DNA of 64,000 bases, taken from NCBI RefSeq assembly GCF_006345805.1, contig NC_043001.1:60016001-60080000 (forward strand), given 5' to 3'. The translations under genes and the position numbers were made by a program. The DNA is from Octopus sinensis (taxonomy: Eukaryota). Shown here in pieces: positions 37,562 through 52,027 of this stretch; within the stretch, counting starts at the first letter, position 1; every line of letters begins with the position of its first letter. The notes beneath the pieces are model-generated. The model did no database searches, was not told the origin of the DNA, and worked only from the letters and a program-made list of their open reading frames with translations.

Positions 37562-38616
37562 TCCCCATATATATATATATATCAACGAAAAAAAAATCCA
37601 GGGAAATCCGTGAGATTAGAGTCCGTATACCCAGTGGTAATCTGTCTGTAGCTGAAGAGATGTGCAGAAGGTTCAGGACGTAGTTGAGATATGCAGGTCC
37701 AATAAGTAGGATGTTAAAGCAGGATAAAACTGGAGTGACCACTGAGCGTATATGTAGATGATATTTATATAAAATGAACAAGTAGGTGTATTAGATTGAC
37801 ACTCGGTAAAATGAAAGACAAAAAGTATTTTACGTTTCGAGGCTACACTCTTCAAAAGAAAGAATAAGAGAAAAATACAGATTGAGAATGAAAAAAAAAC
37901 CTGTAGATTTATCGGTCAAGCTTGGCGACTGACTAGAAAATGTGTTTGAAAGAAGAGGTTGGAAGAAAGGGACGTAATAAAGCGACGTTGACTCACATCC
38001 AAAGGTGTGCTTGCGTGAGTGTGTGTATATGTGAGAATGGTGTGTATGAATGTGCAAGTGTGCGTGTGTGAATAGGGCCAGTGATTTGTTAAGTCTTTGG
38101 CAAGTCTGCGTGTGTAAGTGTGTGTGTTCATGTTTGTGTGTAAGCGTCTGTAACGTGTGGGTGCTTATATAGTGGTATGTATGGTGACGTTATTGAATAT
38201 CGTGAGCTGGTGTGGGTGGGTGGATGATTATGTGTGTTGTGGGTGCAGGGAAGTGGTTAGTGCTAGTGTGTGTAGTGGTGTGGTGTGAAGTGTTAGGTGA
38301 TGGTGGGTGGCGGTGTGGGGTGGTAAAGTAGGGGTGAGGGTGAATGGTAGTTAATAAGGAAGAGAGGAGTTAGGCAGGAGTGAAGTAACTTTCACAAGAC
38401 TTTAATGCATCTGGGTGTGTGTGTGTGTACGTGTGTGCGTGTGTCCGTGGTTATGGGTATAGGTGTGGAAAGAATGTCCCAATTTCAGAGTTAATGTTTC
38501 GAGATATGCTGAAGATTTTCTATTTTGGATATAGTTGGGCTACATAGGTCTGCTCAGGACTTAGTGTCCGCTTTTTCCATGGGTATGAGTAAGTATTTCA
38601 TTTATGTCTTACGTAT

Positions 38617-38677
38617 TTATCGCTGAGGAGGAGAACATTCTTATGAATTAACTCTGAAATTGGGACCAATACGGTAA
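38617..38677 (+). ncRNA. Complete type I hammerhead ribozyme motif
   Basis: TTATCG-CTGAGGA-GGAG..CTCT-GAA-ATTG/GGAC/CAAT-A-CGGTAA; AUA site, predicted cut after 38671. Confidence 0.8.
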
Positions 38678-38763
38678 TAACGGAATTTTTTAGAAGTTTC
38701 TATCGGCTTGTTTCGAGACGCATAAATTACAATGGTTATTGACAATTTTGTCTATTTTCGGCA

Positions 38764-39176
38764 TACTCTTTACTCTTTTACTTGTTTCAGTCATTTGACT
38801 GCGGCCATGCTGGAGCACCGCCTTTAATCGAGCAACTCGACCCCGGGACTTATTCTTTTGTAAGCCCAGTACTTATTCTATCGGTCTCTTTTTGCCGAAC
38901 CGCTAAGTAACGGGGACAGAAACACACCAGCATCGGTTGTCAAGCAATGCTAGGGGACAAACACAGACACACAAACACACACACGCATATATATACATAT
39001 ATATATATACGACGGGCTTCTTTCAGTTTCCGTCTACCAAATCCACTCACAAGGCTTTGGTCGGCCCGAGGCTATAGTAGAAGACACTTGCCCAAGGTGC
39101 CACGCAGTGGGACTGAACCCAGAACCATGTGGCTGGTAGACAAGCTACTTACCACACAGCCACTCCTGCGCCTATA
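38764..39176 (-). mobile_element. Full-length tRNA-SINE (near twin of 36871-37282)
   Basis: Sequence match by eye. Confidence 0.9.
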
Positions 39177-40621
39177 TTTGGCATATTTGGCATTAGAATT
39201 TTTCTTTTGCCCTTATTTTATAAGTTATTTATAAATTTAACTTTTAAAGGCATCTTTTAATATGCTGGCCATTGATAAAATTTTTTTTCGAAATACTTTT
39301 ATCCTACATTAGATGTATATATATATATGTATGCATGTATATATACATATATATATATGTATATATATATGTGTATATATGTATCCATATACCTGTGTGA
39401 CTGTCTGTAGGGGGGCGGGGTGAGGTTGCGATTATGTGTTATACCTAAAACGCACATCGCTTAAAACTTACATCTTTATTCCAGAAGCTTTCACTAAGTC
39501 ACAGCTGTATAGCGATCAGAATAACTTTATTAAATTCATTTCATTATAACGATTCAAACCTCACCATGGTTATTATGCTTTGATTCATATATTTCCATAC
39601 AGATATTTCCATGCATATATTGTTCTTCCAATGTATTCTTTTCAAAATATCTCTTGTAAACCGCAGAGACATAAACATGATATAATACCAAAACGTGTAT
39701 CACAATCAAGCAAGAGCAGACATAATACATTTATAATGTGATTTGTTGAGATGGTTGGACAGACGCATTGCTGATGCATGATATTAGTATTTGGAACTGC
39801 TATTCTAATTAGACCCGAGCCCTCTGTATTTAAATAGGCTAATTTATTTTGCAATAGTTTAGTAATTATCGAGATTTTATGTTTTAGAAAGCTAAATTAC
39901 CTTGTCCTCAAAAGTTCATTATATTTCACATATAACATCCGATCAGTTAAAAGGGAGCCACTTAGATTTATCTTAGTAAAAGTTTTAGAACACATCAGAT
40001 TTGATTAATGTATCGCAAAAAATAAGTCATGTATTAAATCATATCCTCTTTTTATCATAATATTGATTGGGAACTATTTAATGACCACATTTTGCATTTA
40101 CTATAAGCATATGAACTACATTTCTGAACCTTTAGTTAAATATTTACGATATTTAGAAATACCACTGTAAAATTATTTTAACTGTTTGGCACCTGATCTA
40201 TATTTCATGATTATTCAAGGACTTTGTATATTGCATTTACGGTCGGCTGAATGAAATGGGAGATTAAGGAAATTTAAACGACTTGTGAATAATTAACTAT
40301 TGCAATTTCCGACGGGCAAATAATCAGTTTTCAATATTCATTGAAATAAGCTCATAAACCACAATTCAAACATGAGAATGTTGTTTACCGATATTTCTAC
40401 TTGGCACGCAATGTTATATAAGCTGTATTAAAAAAATGGCTTTTGTTGGTTTTTGCGGTTTACAAGATATATTTGTGAAAGGAATACATTTGAAGAACGA
40501 TTGCATGAAAATATATGCATCGAAGTATAATATAAATTACCTTGTCCTCAGAAGTTCTATTTCACATAACATATCCGATCATTTAAGAAGGAGCCACGTA
40601 GATTTTCTTCATGTACTCCCC

Positions 40622-40718
40622 TTCTCTCCTTCTTCTTCTTCTTTTCTTCTTCTTCTTCTTCTTCTTCTTCTTCTTCTTCTTCTTCTTCTTCTTCTTCTTC
40701 TTCTCTTCTTCTTCTTCT
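40622..40718. repeat. (CTT)n microsatellite
   Basis: Read directly from the sequence. Confidence 0.95.
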
Positions 40719-40840
40719 CTCACTACTTGCAGTACAACGGTGTATCATACAAGCTGGTATCAGGTCTGCTGATGAGATCTAGCCGCCCATGCTAGACCAA
40801 CTGGAGAGCACAGCATTTACACCTACCTCTCATGAGTCTT

Positions 40841-41300
40841 TTTCTCCAGATAGTTGGCGATATTCTGATGCTTACCTCCTCCAGGGACGAGATGATCGAC
40901 ATACGTCAGGAAGTTAATAACGTCGACCAGCATATAAAGTTTGAAAGTGAAATCCCAGACGTGTCCAGAATTCTCTCTTTGCTCGATTTTCAACTCAGCA
41001 TTAAATAGGACGGTTCCGCCCGTACCAACTTTACAGGAAATTTGCGTGTAGGAAGCTGTTTGAGTACTGCGAGTTAACCCTCTCACAGAAAGCCAAATCC
41101 ACAAGCGTACGAAGTCGCGCTATAAGCGACAGGTACAGCGACAATGCTGATAAGTCTACCAAGCCAAGCAGTTCCAGAAGAACCCTAACCCTAAAAACCT
41201 GCTATCCTCCAAACGACTATGGTTAAACAACCTCATAGTGATTAAATCATATAAGAAGGCCTACAGTACGGAATCTGACATGTGAGTCCTTAAACTAACC
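40841..41300 (+). mobile_element. Decayed Penelope-like RT C-terminal fragment
   Basis: FLQIVGDILMLT..EVNNVDQHIKFESE..LSLLDFQL, then YRK, resembling the PLE pattern RYVDDI..LN..H.NIKFT.E..L.FLD..YRK. Confidence 0.55.
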
Positions 41301-42416
41301 CACTTCAACGACAGAATCACAGCTACTATACAGCATGCGATCCTCAGGCGGTAGATTTAACAAAGTTGGTGTTCACCGCTCCATCCTAGACGAATTTTTG
41401 CCACAAATAGCATTATCACCACAAATAGCATTATAGTGCGCACATAATCGAACGACTTCAAAATGTTCTCGATGGCCTAAGTGTTCTCGATGGCCTGAAT
41501 GTGCGCAGGTAGTTAAAAGTTAAATGTTTTGCTTCCCCAAAACGTGCTGACTATAATATACTAACACGCTAATTTGATGAACAAGTAATATACAATATTC
41601 GAGCCATTGATACACATGTCCAACGCTACACTTTATACATGCATGTATGTATGTACGTTTTTATGTATGTATGAATGTATGTATACGCGTGTGTGTGTAT
41701 ATGTGTGTGTGTTTACGAGTGTGTGTACTTCTGCATAGGCTATACTTAATTTCCTAAACGTTTGAGTCCTTTGCTTTAAAGTTTTGGGCAATGTATTTGT
41801 ATTATTAATATTACAAAATATATTCTAGTATTTATATAACACCCTATTCGTCTGATTTGAGTTGAAATACGAATTTATAAATAGTGTCAGAATTTCCATC
41901 AATTTATAAGTTTTTTCTACACAGGATATTCGTAAAAAAATATTTATTGACACTTCATCGTTGTTTCTCTTTTTTCTGTGCTCTTATTCGCCTTTAACAA
42001 TTTGTTTACAATATAATCGGAGTACATCTACGATTATTTTTTCCATTGCTTCGCTTATGACAACATCAACTATTTTCTTAAAAGCGTGAACAGAGTAGAA
42101 TTACGAACTCGTTATTGGAGAGTATTATTATGAATATATTTCTTAATTTATTTGTCTCAATCGCTTTAAGTGACCAAAGTGTACAGTGTTCAAGATCTTT
42201 GGTGATCATATTGGAGCAAGAAATAAGTCAGGAGTAAATTGCTTTAATATAAAATACACCATTGTTTAGACCGTCTACAGAAATAATCAGTTACTGCAGC
42301 AGATATAGTCTCACTTAAAAACAAAAATAAAAACACAGAGACACCTACACCTTTAAACAAGAATTTGTATAGTACAAGGCATGAGAATGCAGTGCGAAAT
42401 TTATTATTTATAACCT

Positions 42417-42498
42417 CATTACACATGTTTCGGCGACAGTTACATAATTATAATATTAAATCTACATAACGATTTTGCTTGTTACCTTATCAGAAATG
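42417..42498 (-). ncRNA. Fossil hammerhead (G8A, H17G)
   Basis: CATTT-CTGATAA-GGTAAC...GTCGCC-GAA-ACATGT-G-TAATG. Confidence 0.4.
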
Positions 42499-43885
42499 TT
42501 ATGAGAAATAATGAACTGGGTGCAGTGAGCTATATTAATATTTCGCCAAAAGTATGAAAGATCCATTCAGTAAGATGAGTGGCTGAAATATAGTCTGCAT
42601 ACAGTTATAAATTGTAAAGTAAAAGGAGTTATAAAATAAGTTATGAGATATGGATTGTAAGAGTATTCTATCAAATTCATGAAAGTAGAACAACTTAACA
42701 TTAACGATTATAAAAACTTCTTAGTCAAAATAGCATGAAGAACAATCATTAGTTAGAATTTACGACGAACGCAAGAGTATATAAACAAAAAGAATTTTGG
42801 ACCCAAATACATAAGACATACACAAATATGTAGGTACACGATATATAGGATATCGTTATTTGTACCGTCTACAGCGAGATCTGAATTGAACATTTGCTTA
42901 ATTATTCTTAGCACAACTATGCTTTTGAGACACAAAATATGCTAGGCAACTAGTGTATGTATTAAGGGAATAAGTTCCTCCTTATACATCAATGCGTTCA
43001 ACAGTACTCATTTGTGCACCGCATTCTAGTACACGAGTATTTCACACGTTGTGTCTCCTTAGCCAGAAGTAGCTGGTACTCTAAGACTATCCATACTTTG
43101 AGGCGATAATACTAGATGCGTATTTCTACCGCATTGGTCATTGTCAGTAATATATACTCAGAGACAACCGCATCCTAAAAGGAAATATTTCACTATCCAT
43201 ATAGGAAAACAGAGACTAAACATTAACTAGAGTTGCAATTGGCCACTCGGCTGTAACTAAATCCCTTATATGCAACAAAAACAATATTATATTAAAACTG
43301 TTACATTTCTACAAGTCCTAGCTACATCGGGAAAAACCAAATTCATACCATTAATAGACGGGAGACATTATCACTCAAAGACCTTCCGTATTTGAACTGA
43401 AATAAGAACCTATTCCGCTGATTTGATCAAAAGCACGACCCTTACAAATATTTGGCAAACGAAAATCGCCCAGCAGCAACAGGTAAGGATGTCTCGTTAA
43501 GTTTAGTTAGTAGCATGTAACCATTGCCAACCAACGGGTAGCTAATTGCAACACCAGTGACTGTTCAGTCTTCCTTTCCCTGTATCGGTAGCGTGTGTGT
43601 GTGTAAGTGTGTGAGTGCATATGTATATATGTATATATGCGCACACACGCGCGCCCACAAACGCATGGACACACACACACGCTTATAGCTTCTCATATGT
43701 ACTCTAGCATATTGCTATCTATCCCTGAATATTTTTATCTCACAATCTCAAACGTATGCAGCTATTTAACTTCCCTGCGACGAGGTAGTCCATATTTCCT
43801 TAAATGATCTTGTTTCGCATATTTCTCTGGTATTAAGGAAGGATAGAAAAATATTAGATTTATAGACCCTAAAATTCACTCCATA

Positions 43886-43951
43886 ATTGGCATAGTGGTT
43901 AAGAGTCCGGGCTTCTAACCCCAAGATTCCGAGTTCGATTCCAAGCAGTGA

Positions 43952-44044
<93 letters not shown>

Positions 44045-44253
44045 TAATAATAATAACAACAACAACAACTACAGCAGCAGCAACATCGAAAAATACTTTA
44101 GGAATGAGAACCCAGTTTCGAAATTTCTCCAACACACCTGAAGAAGGCTGGAGGGTAAATCAGCCGAAGCGTTATGTTAACAACAAACAAGATGATGACA
44201 AATATCCGTCGAATGTAAATAATGTACATAATTCTTCATATCTTAAATATAGA
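43886..44253 (+). mobile_element. Uninterrupted composite SINE: tRNA-like head, (AAT)n/(AAC)n, HHR-containing tail
   Basis: A-box TGGCATAGTGG at 43888, B-box GTTCGATTCC at 43933, repeat at 43956-44080, HHR at 44133-44178 (GAAG variant). Confidence 0.88.
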
Positions 44254-44269
44254 GAAAAATATATTTAGA

Positions 44270-45385
44270 TATGAACTTATACATTCAAATTATTAATTGT
44301 TATAATGTGAATACTTAATATTTAATAGACATCCCCTTTGCATTTTTCACTGCAAGGACCCTATTAGGCATGTTACTGATCAAATGAAGAATATTCTCTG
44401 GCGGAAATTCTTGCCACGTTTCATGCAGCAATCTCAAAAGATCTGGCTTTAAAGATGCTTTTTTGTTCTTTTTATAAAATGTATTGTCTATTATGTCATA
44501 GAGGTGTGTAATAGGGTTCATATCTGGTGACTGGCTCGGTCATGAAGGTTTTTTAATGCCATTCTCACCCAAAATATCTTGTGCCATTTTAATCGTGTGA
44601 GTATTCTTTAATCATTTCACTAATGAAGAAGATTAGAAGGAGTTCTCTCCGCAATATGGACATATATTTATCTGACCAGTCATTGCTTCAAACTGATCCC
44701 CAGACCATCACGGAATAGCTGCAGTTTTTCATTATTGGCTGCAATATTTTCACACCAAATTCTTGATCACAGTGTCTCCAGACCCACACTCGACGAATGA
44801 CAGAAAATACAGCAAATCTGAATTCCTCAGAGAATATAACAGTGTCCGAAATTCCTAGTGACCTTCTCACCATCTCACTGAACTAATCTTTTCTCCGCTG
44901 GATGTTGGCTGGTAGAAGGGGTGACTTCATTCTTGCTGATCTGCCATAGTAAAAAAGTTCGTGGAGATACATGACAGCCGTTTTGGGACTGACATCAACT
45001 TGTTTTGCTATATCAGAAGCATTGCAACGAGGTTTATCTTCCACATTTCTCTTAGCAAATATAGGGAACTGTCAGAGGGCCCTACTTGATCTGGGCCAGG
45101 CGATGTGGACTCCTACCCTTCTCTGATGAATTCCACAATCAGTCTTTTAACTGCAGAAAGCTGGATCCCAAGATTTTTTGCGATTTTACGCTGACTATGC
45201 TCACCTTCAGAATGAGCCACAATACAGCCTCATTGAAATTCAGACAGTTTCAAGGTTTCTTTTATACATGGCATGAATAAACAGTCACATATAGAACCTG
45301 AAACATAAAAATGTCAATTAATAAAAGATAAAGACCATCACAAGTTGGAATAAACAAAAAACTGTTCCATTGGGTGTCTATTTAC
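44270..45385 (-). mobile_element. Decayed Tc1-like transposon
   Basis: [26 protein letters not shown]; VIFSEE.RF; VMVWG; PSQSPDMNPI.HL; SNMPNRVLAVKNAKG..KY. Confidence 0.85.
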
Positions 45386-45570
45386 ATATGTCATGTCTGT
45401 GTACACACACGCTCACACACACACAAACACACACACACACACGTACACACGCGTATATATACATGCATACATAAATATGCAGAGGTGCTTCTCGTTACTT
45501 TGCTTATTTCTGAATTATTTCAGTTATATCACTATATGTATATTTAATGTCAGCATCATTTTTTACACGG

Positions 45571-45673
<103 letters not shown>

Positions 45674-46900
45674 AGAATGCGTTTATATTCACTCTCCACC
45701 CGAGAAAAAAATTCATTCATTTTAGATAGACACCGACATTCAGTGAATTATTTAAATGTATTTCCCTAAAAAATTCTATATAGAAGGAGGATCAATTTTT
45801 ACACGATACTCAACTTTATCGATTTTATTTTCCTTCTATGCATCTAATCATACACTTATTAAGATACGAAAGTGAAAACCGAATTATTTACCACATTCTA
45901 TTCAAGCTAGTACGATTCCACAATTCTTTTTACATTTAGGTTTAGTTATTTCGTAATGCATTTTGTGATATTTTTCAAATTATGGTCCTTGTCCCTCTTT
46001 TTTTCTCGATTTCCAAACGGTTATTTGTTAGTTTTGTCCTTTACATACGCTGATCTATATTTTATCATAAATGCTTCTGCCTTGTTTCATAATAGTTCCA
46101 AGATGTCTCTCGACATTTTTTACTACTAAATCCCCGAGGAAAATGTATCTGTAATTCAACTGAATATTCGAAAGTAAGATTTTATTCGATATAATTGTTA
46201 TTCGCAACAAAATATCATTTTCCTTTTTATCCCTATTCTGTAATTTTCTTTATCTGCTGGCCTCGAACTTTTATTCCTGCATCTTCAAATTATCTTAAAA
46301 TGGTGAACAGCAACACAAGAATACAATGGGAAATAATTATTTGTGTCGAACTCATGTATATTCTCATCTCATTTACTTCCTACGAGATGGTTTGAGCGAA
46401 TAATCTTTTATAGAAAGAGTGCTAGCTTTCGTCATTTACAGAAATAAGCAAAGGAAAAAGAAATCTTTATATCTGACGTTTGGGATGCTAATATGTTTGC
46501 TTCCTTCTCAAGTTTTATGTAAGGTTTGTTCATATGTTCGAGAAGAGATTCTATTGGAATTATATATAGATCTTTTCCTTAAAGCAGTAATTATATAATT
46601 GCGATGGTTGTTTGATTCAAAGAATAGAAATAACCAACAATGTAATTTGGAATAACATAATAATATAGTAAAACAAGCGACATCATCAACAGAAATATAA
46701 CAGAACATATATTTTTTTACAAGAATAACAGCAAAGAGGGCGTTGTATTTTTTTTAGCGTAGATTTAAATGGTTTCTTAGTTTCCAGATCAATATAGTTT
46801 TCTTTCCATCGCATTTCACCATTTTCTGATCAATGAGATTTCTTTATATTGCTGTGATATATACATATATGTCTTATATTTTCGTACTATTATTCGTGCA

Positions 46901-46958
<58 letters not shown>

Positions 46959-47193
46959 TATATTCATTTTGTATGATATATCTGTGTTTCTTTATTTCTT
47001 CCATGTTAATGTATCACAGGAAATAATCATAACAATAGGTATTACAGAGAGATGTGATGATTTTATAGCATGCACTCACATTTAATCCTTTCTTTTAGAT
47101 TTGGAGAAAATTAGAGTTTGGGAAGTATTTACAACAAATTTGTTTCAACAAACGAATCTGTATGATATGTATATGTGCGTCAGTCAATGAATA

Positions 47194-47258
<65 letters not shown>

Positions 47259-48894
47259 GTGTTTGCGCGTTTACGTGTGCTGCTCTATATTTCCTTGAGT
47301 AGGTCTTCATCACTGAATGTATTATAAGTTTTACTTCTGTGTGCTAAATAGTAAACATATATATGGAAGGGCATTGTTAATTATCAGTATGGTTAGGTGT
47401 TATCGTATTTTGCAATACTTACAAATCCTTGTTTTGTTTTATTTTAGCGTGAATGGCTTAATTCTTTCTTACGTGCGTAATGAAGTGAAGGGTATGAATT
47501 TACATACTCGATAAATTTCACAAGAAATAACGTCAATCATTAACATAGACAAAACAGTTTCACACAAATCTAGCACTTGGTTGGTGATTGCTTTCTTTTC
47601 ATATGCTAATAAGTTACAAAATACTTAAAATACATATGCTTCCTAGGAATAAAATATGAGAGACAAGGTTTTACTCATTAAAAATTCCCTTAACCAATAA
47701 ATTCCTGATGATGCAATAAACATTTCCCAATGAGACAAATTACTAATTAACAAAAGGCAACGCGTATCTGTACTGTATATGAGTAATTTTGAAAAAAATA
47801 TTTAGAAATATGACTTAGTCCGTAATTCAATAAGATGCGTAGAAAAGGTTCACGGAATTAATGGTAAACCTATTGAATTATTTTCTGAAAACTTTATCCA
47901 AAAAACCTGAAAGTGTAGCCAGTGTTGTGTCTTTATGGAAAGATAGTCGCTCATCTGCTACTCATTGACAAGTGAAAGAAGTTGAAATACGATGATTACT
48001 TACTGCACTTTATATACTTTATGTACAATTTTATAGACATAATACATAGCATTCATAAAATAAATATTCACTCTTATTTTCTCATTTTCCCCACAAACAA
48101 AAAATAAAGTTATCCAGTACTTATTATACAATCCTTAATTCAATTGCAAACACACACACACACACACACATGTATATATATATACCAACATACACACACA
48201 CACACACACACATACACACACACACACACACATATATATAAATATATACACAACGTAAGTAGGCATGACTATTTTACAGAATTGCACTTCCGCGTAAGCG
48301 TTAAGTGATAGGTGATATAAAAAACTATGATCAATTTTTTAAAAAATACACTTTTCACTATGCAGCCACCACCACCTCTACCATCATCATCATCATCATC
48401 TCTCTCCTCCTCTCTCTTCCCTCTCTATCACTGCGTTTCTTTAACCTTACCATAAGAACATCATATCTTTGCTAAAATTATAATTCTAACTCTCCTACTC
48501 TACCTTCAACTAACATTTTTTTACCACGTAATAAATATTACGTTCCCCTACCTCACATCATGGACGCATGTATATCCCTCTTTTTCTTTCTCCCACTTTC
48601 TGTCTCACTTTTTGCCTTATCCCTTTTCCTACCTCCTTTTTCCTTTTTGTTCTCTTTCCCTTCAACTAATCAAGTAAAAACATTACAATTACAATCCCTT
48701 TACCTAACGTCATGGACGCTTCTTTCTCTTCCTTTTCTTCCTCACTCTTTTTCTCCCTCCTTTTCTTTCTCCTTTTTCTTCTCTAATCACATGAAAGTGT
48801 TCCGGAAGGTCTAATGAACGCAATGAAAAGCCGAATTTTTGTAAGATAATAAGGCATGTGAACAAGCCAGTGGAGTACACCTGTAATCAAGTAG

Positions 48895-49600
48895 GCGATA
48901 ATAATTGATTACATCAACATTCAAGAAGATGTAATACTATCCATAGGCGAGGTAAACGCAAATGCAGCAATCCGTCTCAAATCATGTAAACGAGCTCTTG
49001 CAAAACCATTGCAGCTTCATTTTCAGAGCTTCCTCGCAAGCGGTAAGCTCCCAGGCAAAGTAAACGAAGGAAAATATACCTTGTCCATAACGGAAAAAAG
49101 CAGAGCAGGTGATAAAAGTTATAGGCCTCTCTCTCTCTGACATCACACATCAGCAGTCATGGAACGAAAACTCTGCAGGAAATTAATTGCATTCCTTGAA
49201 GAGACTGACTTCTTGAGTTTTCGACCAGATTGAAGTTTTTTAACACCTCTTATAGCACTACGATTCGGCGTCAACGCGCCTACACAACAAATTAAATGTG
49301 GACATAATAAGTCTCGACTTCGCAAAAGCTTTTGATTAAGTCGACTATGGAATGATATGTCACACGATGCGTGATCCTGGGCTTAGTCGAAAAATTAGGA
49401 AAATACGGTGCGTTCTAAAAGATAGAAGAAGACGGTCAGTGTCTTAAGTATGCCCTCAGCTGCTTAGATAGCTACCCTTGCTAGCTAAGATACAAAATCC
49501 TGGAAATACTGTGCACTTTCAATACATGTTGGATGCGATATACATTTGAGCTGAGGAAGACAATGTACAGTTTAATGCCGGAAAATGCATGTAATGCATG
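48895..49600 (+). mobile_element. Decayed CR1-group RT fragment
   Basis: SCKRALAKPLQL; NVDIISLDFAKAFD.VD. Confidence 0.75.
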
Positions 49601-49613
49601 TAAAAAAAAAAAC

Positions 49614-49650
<37 letters not shown>

Positions 49651-49800
49651 AAGTAACGTTTGTCTCAAATTAAACATGACTATTTTGTAGGAACCGGCGT
49701 TACTGTATTTTTAACCTCAGGAGGACGCCGCCACCAGGTGGTTATTCGATGCAATGTACACACGATATATATTGCAAGCAAGGGAGTGGACCTTTCCAGA

Positions 49801-49849
49801 CCATCAGAACGCACGGTTTCGATCACTTTGTGGTCATCATCGGTGGTGG
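49801..49849 (-). ncRNA. Fossil minimal hammerhead
   Basis: CCACCA-CCGATGA-T-GACCAC/AAA/GTGATC-GAAA-CCGTGCGT-TC-TGATGG; four substitutions from a canonical fold. Confidence 0.5.
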
Positions 49850-50161
49850 ATATTCGTTCGTCAGAGATAGCAGTAGCTGACTTCAGATGGCAATATATAG
49901 GAAATCAGTGGCACAGTCACTGAACTTACAACAAACAAATTAGCTAGTTAAGACTCCTCACGAAGTAATCTCAGAATGCATAAAAAAGGGCTGCAAAAAC
50001 AGCTGTAGTGAATTTTAAACCCCACTTATATTCTTTTATACATTTGCTACATATTGAATCATCCCTGGTTTGAATCTACAGTTTGTATTGTTTTGCGTAC
50101 CAATATTTATATGTATCTGTCAGCGTATACATTTACATAGAGAGATATATGTCTATATATA

Positions 50162-51451
50162 CGAGGGGCGTTCAATAAGTAATGTCCCTACCCACTTCCT
50201 ATTGCAGTAGAGCAACGAAACTTGGCACAGTTATTAGTCTTTTTCTACATAGGAACCACCCAGAGTTACGCATTTTTACCATCGTTTGATGCAGCTCTGG
50301 AGACCGTTTTTGTCGAAGACCCCAGCTTGGTCCTCCAACCACGACGTGACTTCAGAAATCAAGGCTGCATCATCTGGGAAACGCTTTCCTTTCAAAAACA
50401 ACTTCATGGCTGGGAAGAGGTGAAAATCAGAAGGTGCAAGGTCAGGAGAGTAGGGGGATGGGGGAGGAGTTCATAGCCACAGGCCTGTGCTTCTGATCTG
50501 GCGACACGCGAGTTGTGGACCGGAACGTTGTCCTGTAGGAGGAGGATGCCTTTGCTGATCTTGCCCCGCCTCTTGATTTTGATAGCTTCTCTTAATTTCC
50601 TTAAAAGTGAAGCATAATAGGCTCCTGTAATTGTGGTACCCTTTGCCAGGAAATCTGTCATTACTACTCCGTCCTGGTCCCAGAAGAATGTGAGCATGAC
50701 CTTGCCAGCAGAGGGCTGCACCCTTGCCTTCTTTGGAGGAGGTGAGTCACGGTGCTTCTATTGCATTGACTGGGCTTTGGTCTCTGGATCATAGTGATGG
50801 AGCCAGGTTTCATCCTGTGTAATCAGTCTTTTGAATAATGTTGACTCATCTTCTTGGCACATCTCCAAATTCATCTTCGAGCACTCGACGCGTTCTTGCT
50901 TCTGGAAAGGTGTGAGCAACCTAGGAATACATCTGGCAGACACCTTTTGCATATGCAAATGGTCATGAATGATAGTTTCCACAGACCCAGTACTAATCTT
51001 GACCTCATGGGCTATTTCGCGAATAGTTATGCATCGATCTTCCAAAATGGCAGCCTCAACTTCTCGGACAGATGCCTCATCAATGGCAGAAGGAGGGCGA
51101 CCAGATCTGGGGGCTGTTTCCACAGATTTCCCACCATGTTTGAATTCACGATGCCAGCGTTTTACAAGGTCATATGATGGGGCATCATCACCATAAGTTA
51201 CTTTCATTTCATCAAAAGTCTCCCGTGGTGTGCGTCTTTTCAAATACAAAAACGGATCACTGCTCGACACTCAACAGGCTCCATTTCACACTTGACTCAG
51301 TTCAAACACCTGTGAATCAGAAACCATAATTAGTTCAGAGCTGTAATTTGCTACTTAATCTATAGAGATATAAATGATTGCACATGCAGAATTTCAGCTA
51401 GATCAAACAACTGCAAGTGGGTCAGGGGCATTACTTATTGAACGTCAATCG
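50162..51451 (-). mobile_element. Full-length mariner, copy 2; transposase 50234-51284 disrupted
   Basis: 1290 bp, TIRs, TA TSD, colinear with copy 1. Confidence 0.95.
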
Positions 51452-51671
51452 TACATGAATATATAATTGCAATATGCTACCAACAAAACACATATATGAG
51501 TTGTTTCAATGACAAATGCTAAATACCCAGCTGACCTGGCACCTTACATTTTGATATATCTATATTCTAAAAAATCCTGCAATTGAACCACACACACACA
51601 CACGCATACACACACATACACACATACACGCACACGTGCATATGTATACATATGTGTGTGTGTGTATACAT

Positions 51672-51905
51672 CCTTTTATCCTGTTATATGTTTCAGTCAT
51701 TTGACAACGGCCATACTGGAGCACCGACTTTAGTCGAACAAATTGACCCCAGGACTTATTCGTTGTAAGCCTGATGCTTATTCTATCGGTCTCTTTTGCT
51801 AAACCGCTAAGTTAGGGGAAACATAAACAACCAACATCGGTTCTCAAGTGATGGTGGGGGACAAACACAGACACATACAAACACGCATACACACGCACAC
51901 ACACA

Positions 51906-51948
<43 letters not shown>

Positions 51949-52027
51949 CGGGCTTCTTTCAGTTTCCGTCTGCCAAATCCACTTTGGTCGGCCCGAGGCT
52001 ATAGTAGACACTTACGCCTGCGCCTAT
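51672..52027 (-). mobile_element. tRNA-SINE copy with a deleted head segment
   Basis: Matches the 36871 family. Confidence 0.85.

Noticed and set aside
37820-37860. Minus-strand TTGAAGA..CTCGAAACGTA
   Set aside because: C3 is altered and helices I and II are too weak.
41182-41194. CCCTAACCCTAA telomere-like pair within the PLE relic
   Set aside because: Only two units, which is expected by chance.
43886-43955. tRNA gene calls for SINE heads (also 19863, 29800, 37200)
   Set aside because: No acceptor stem or terminator, the anticodon loop differs between copies (CTTCTAA vs CTACTAA), and each is followed by a SINE body.
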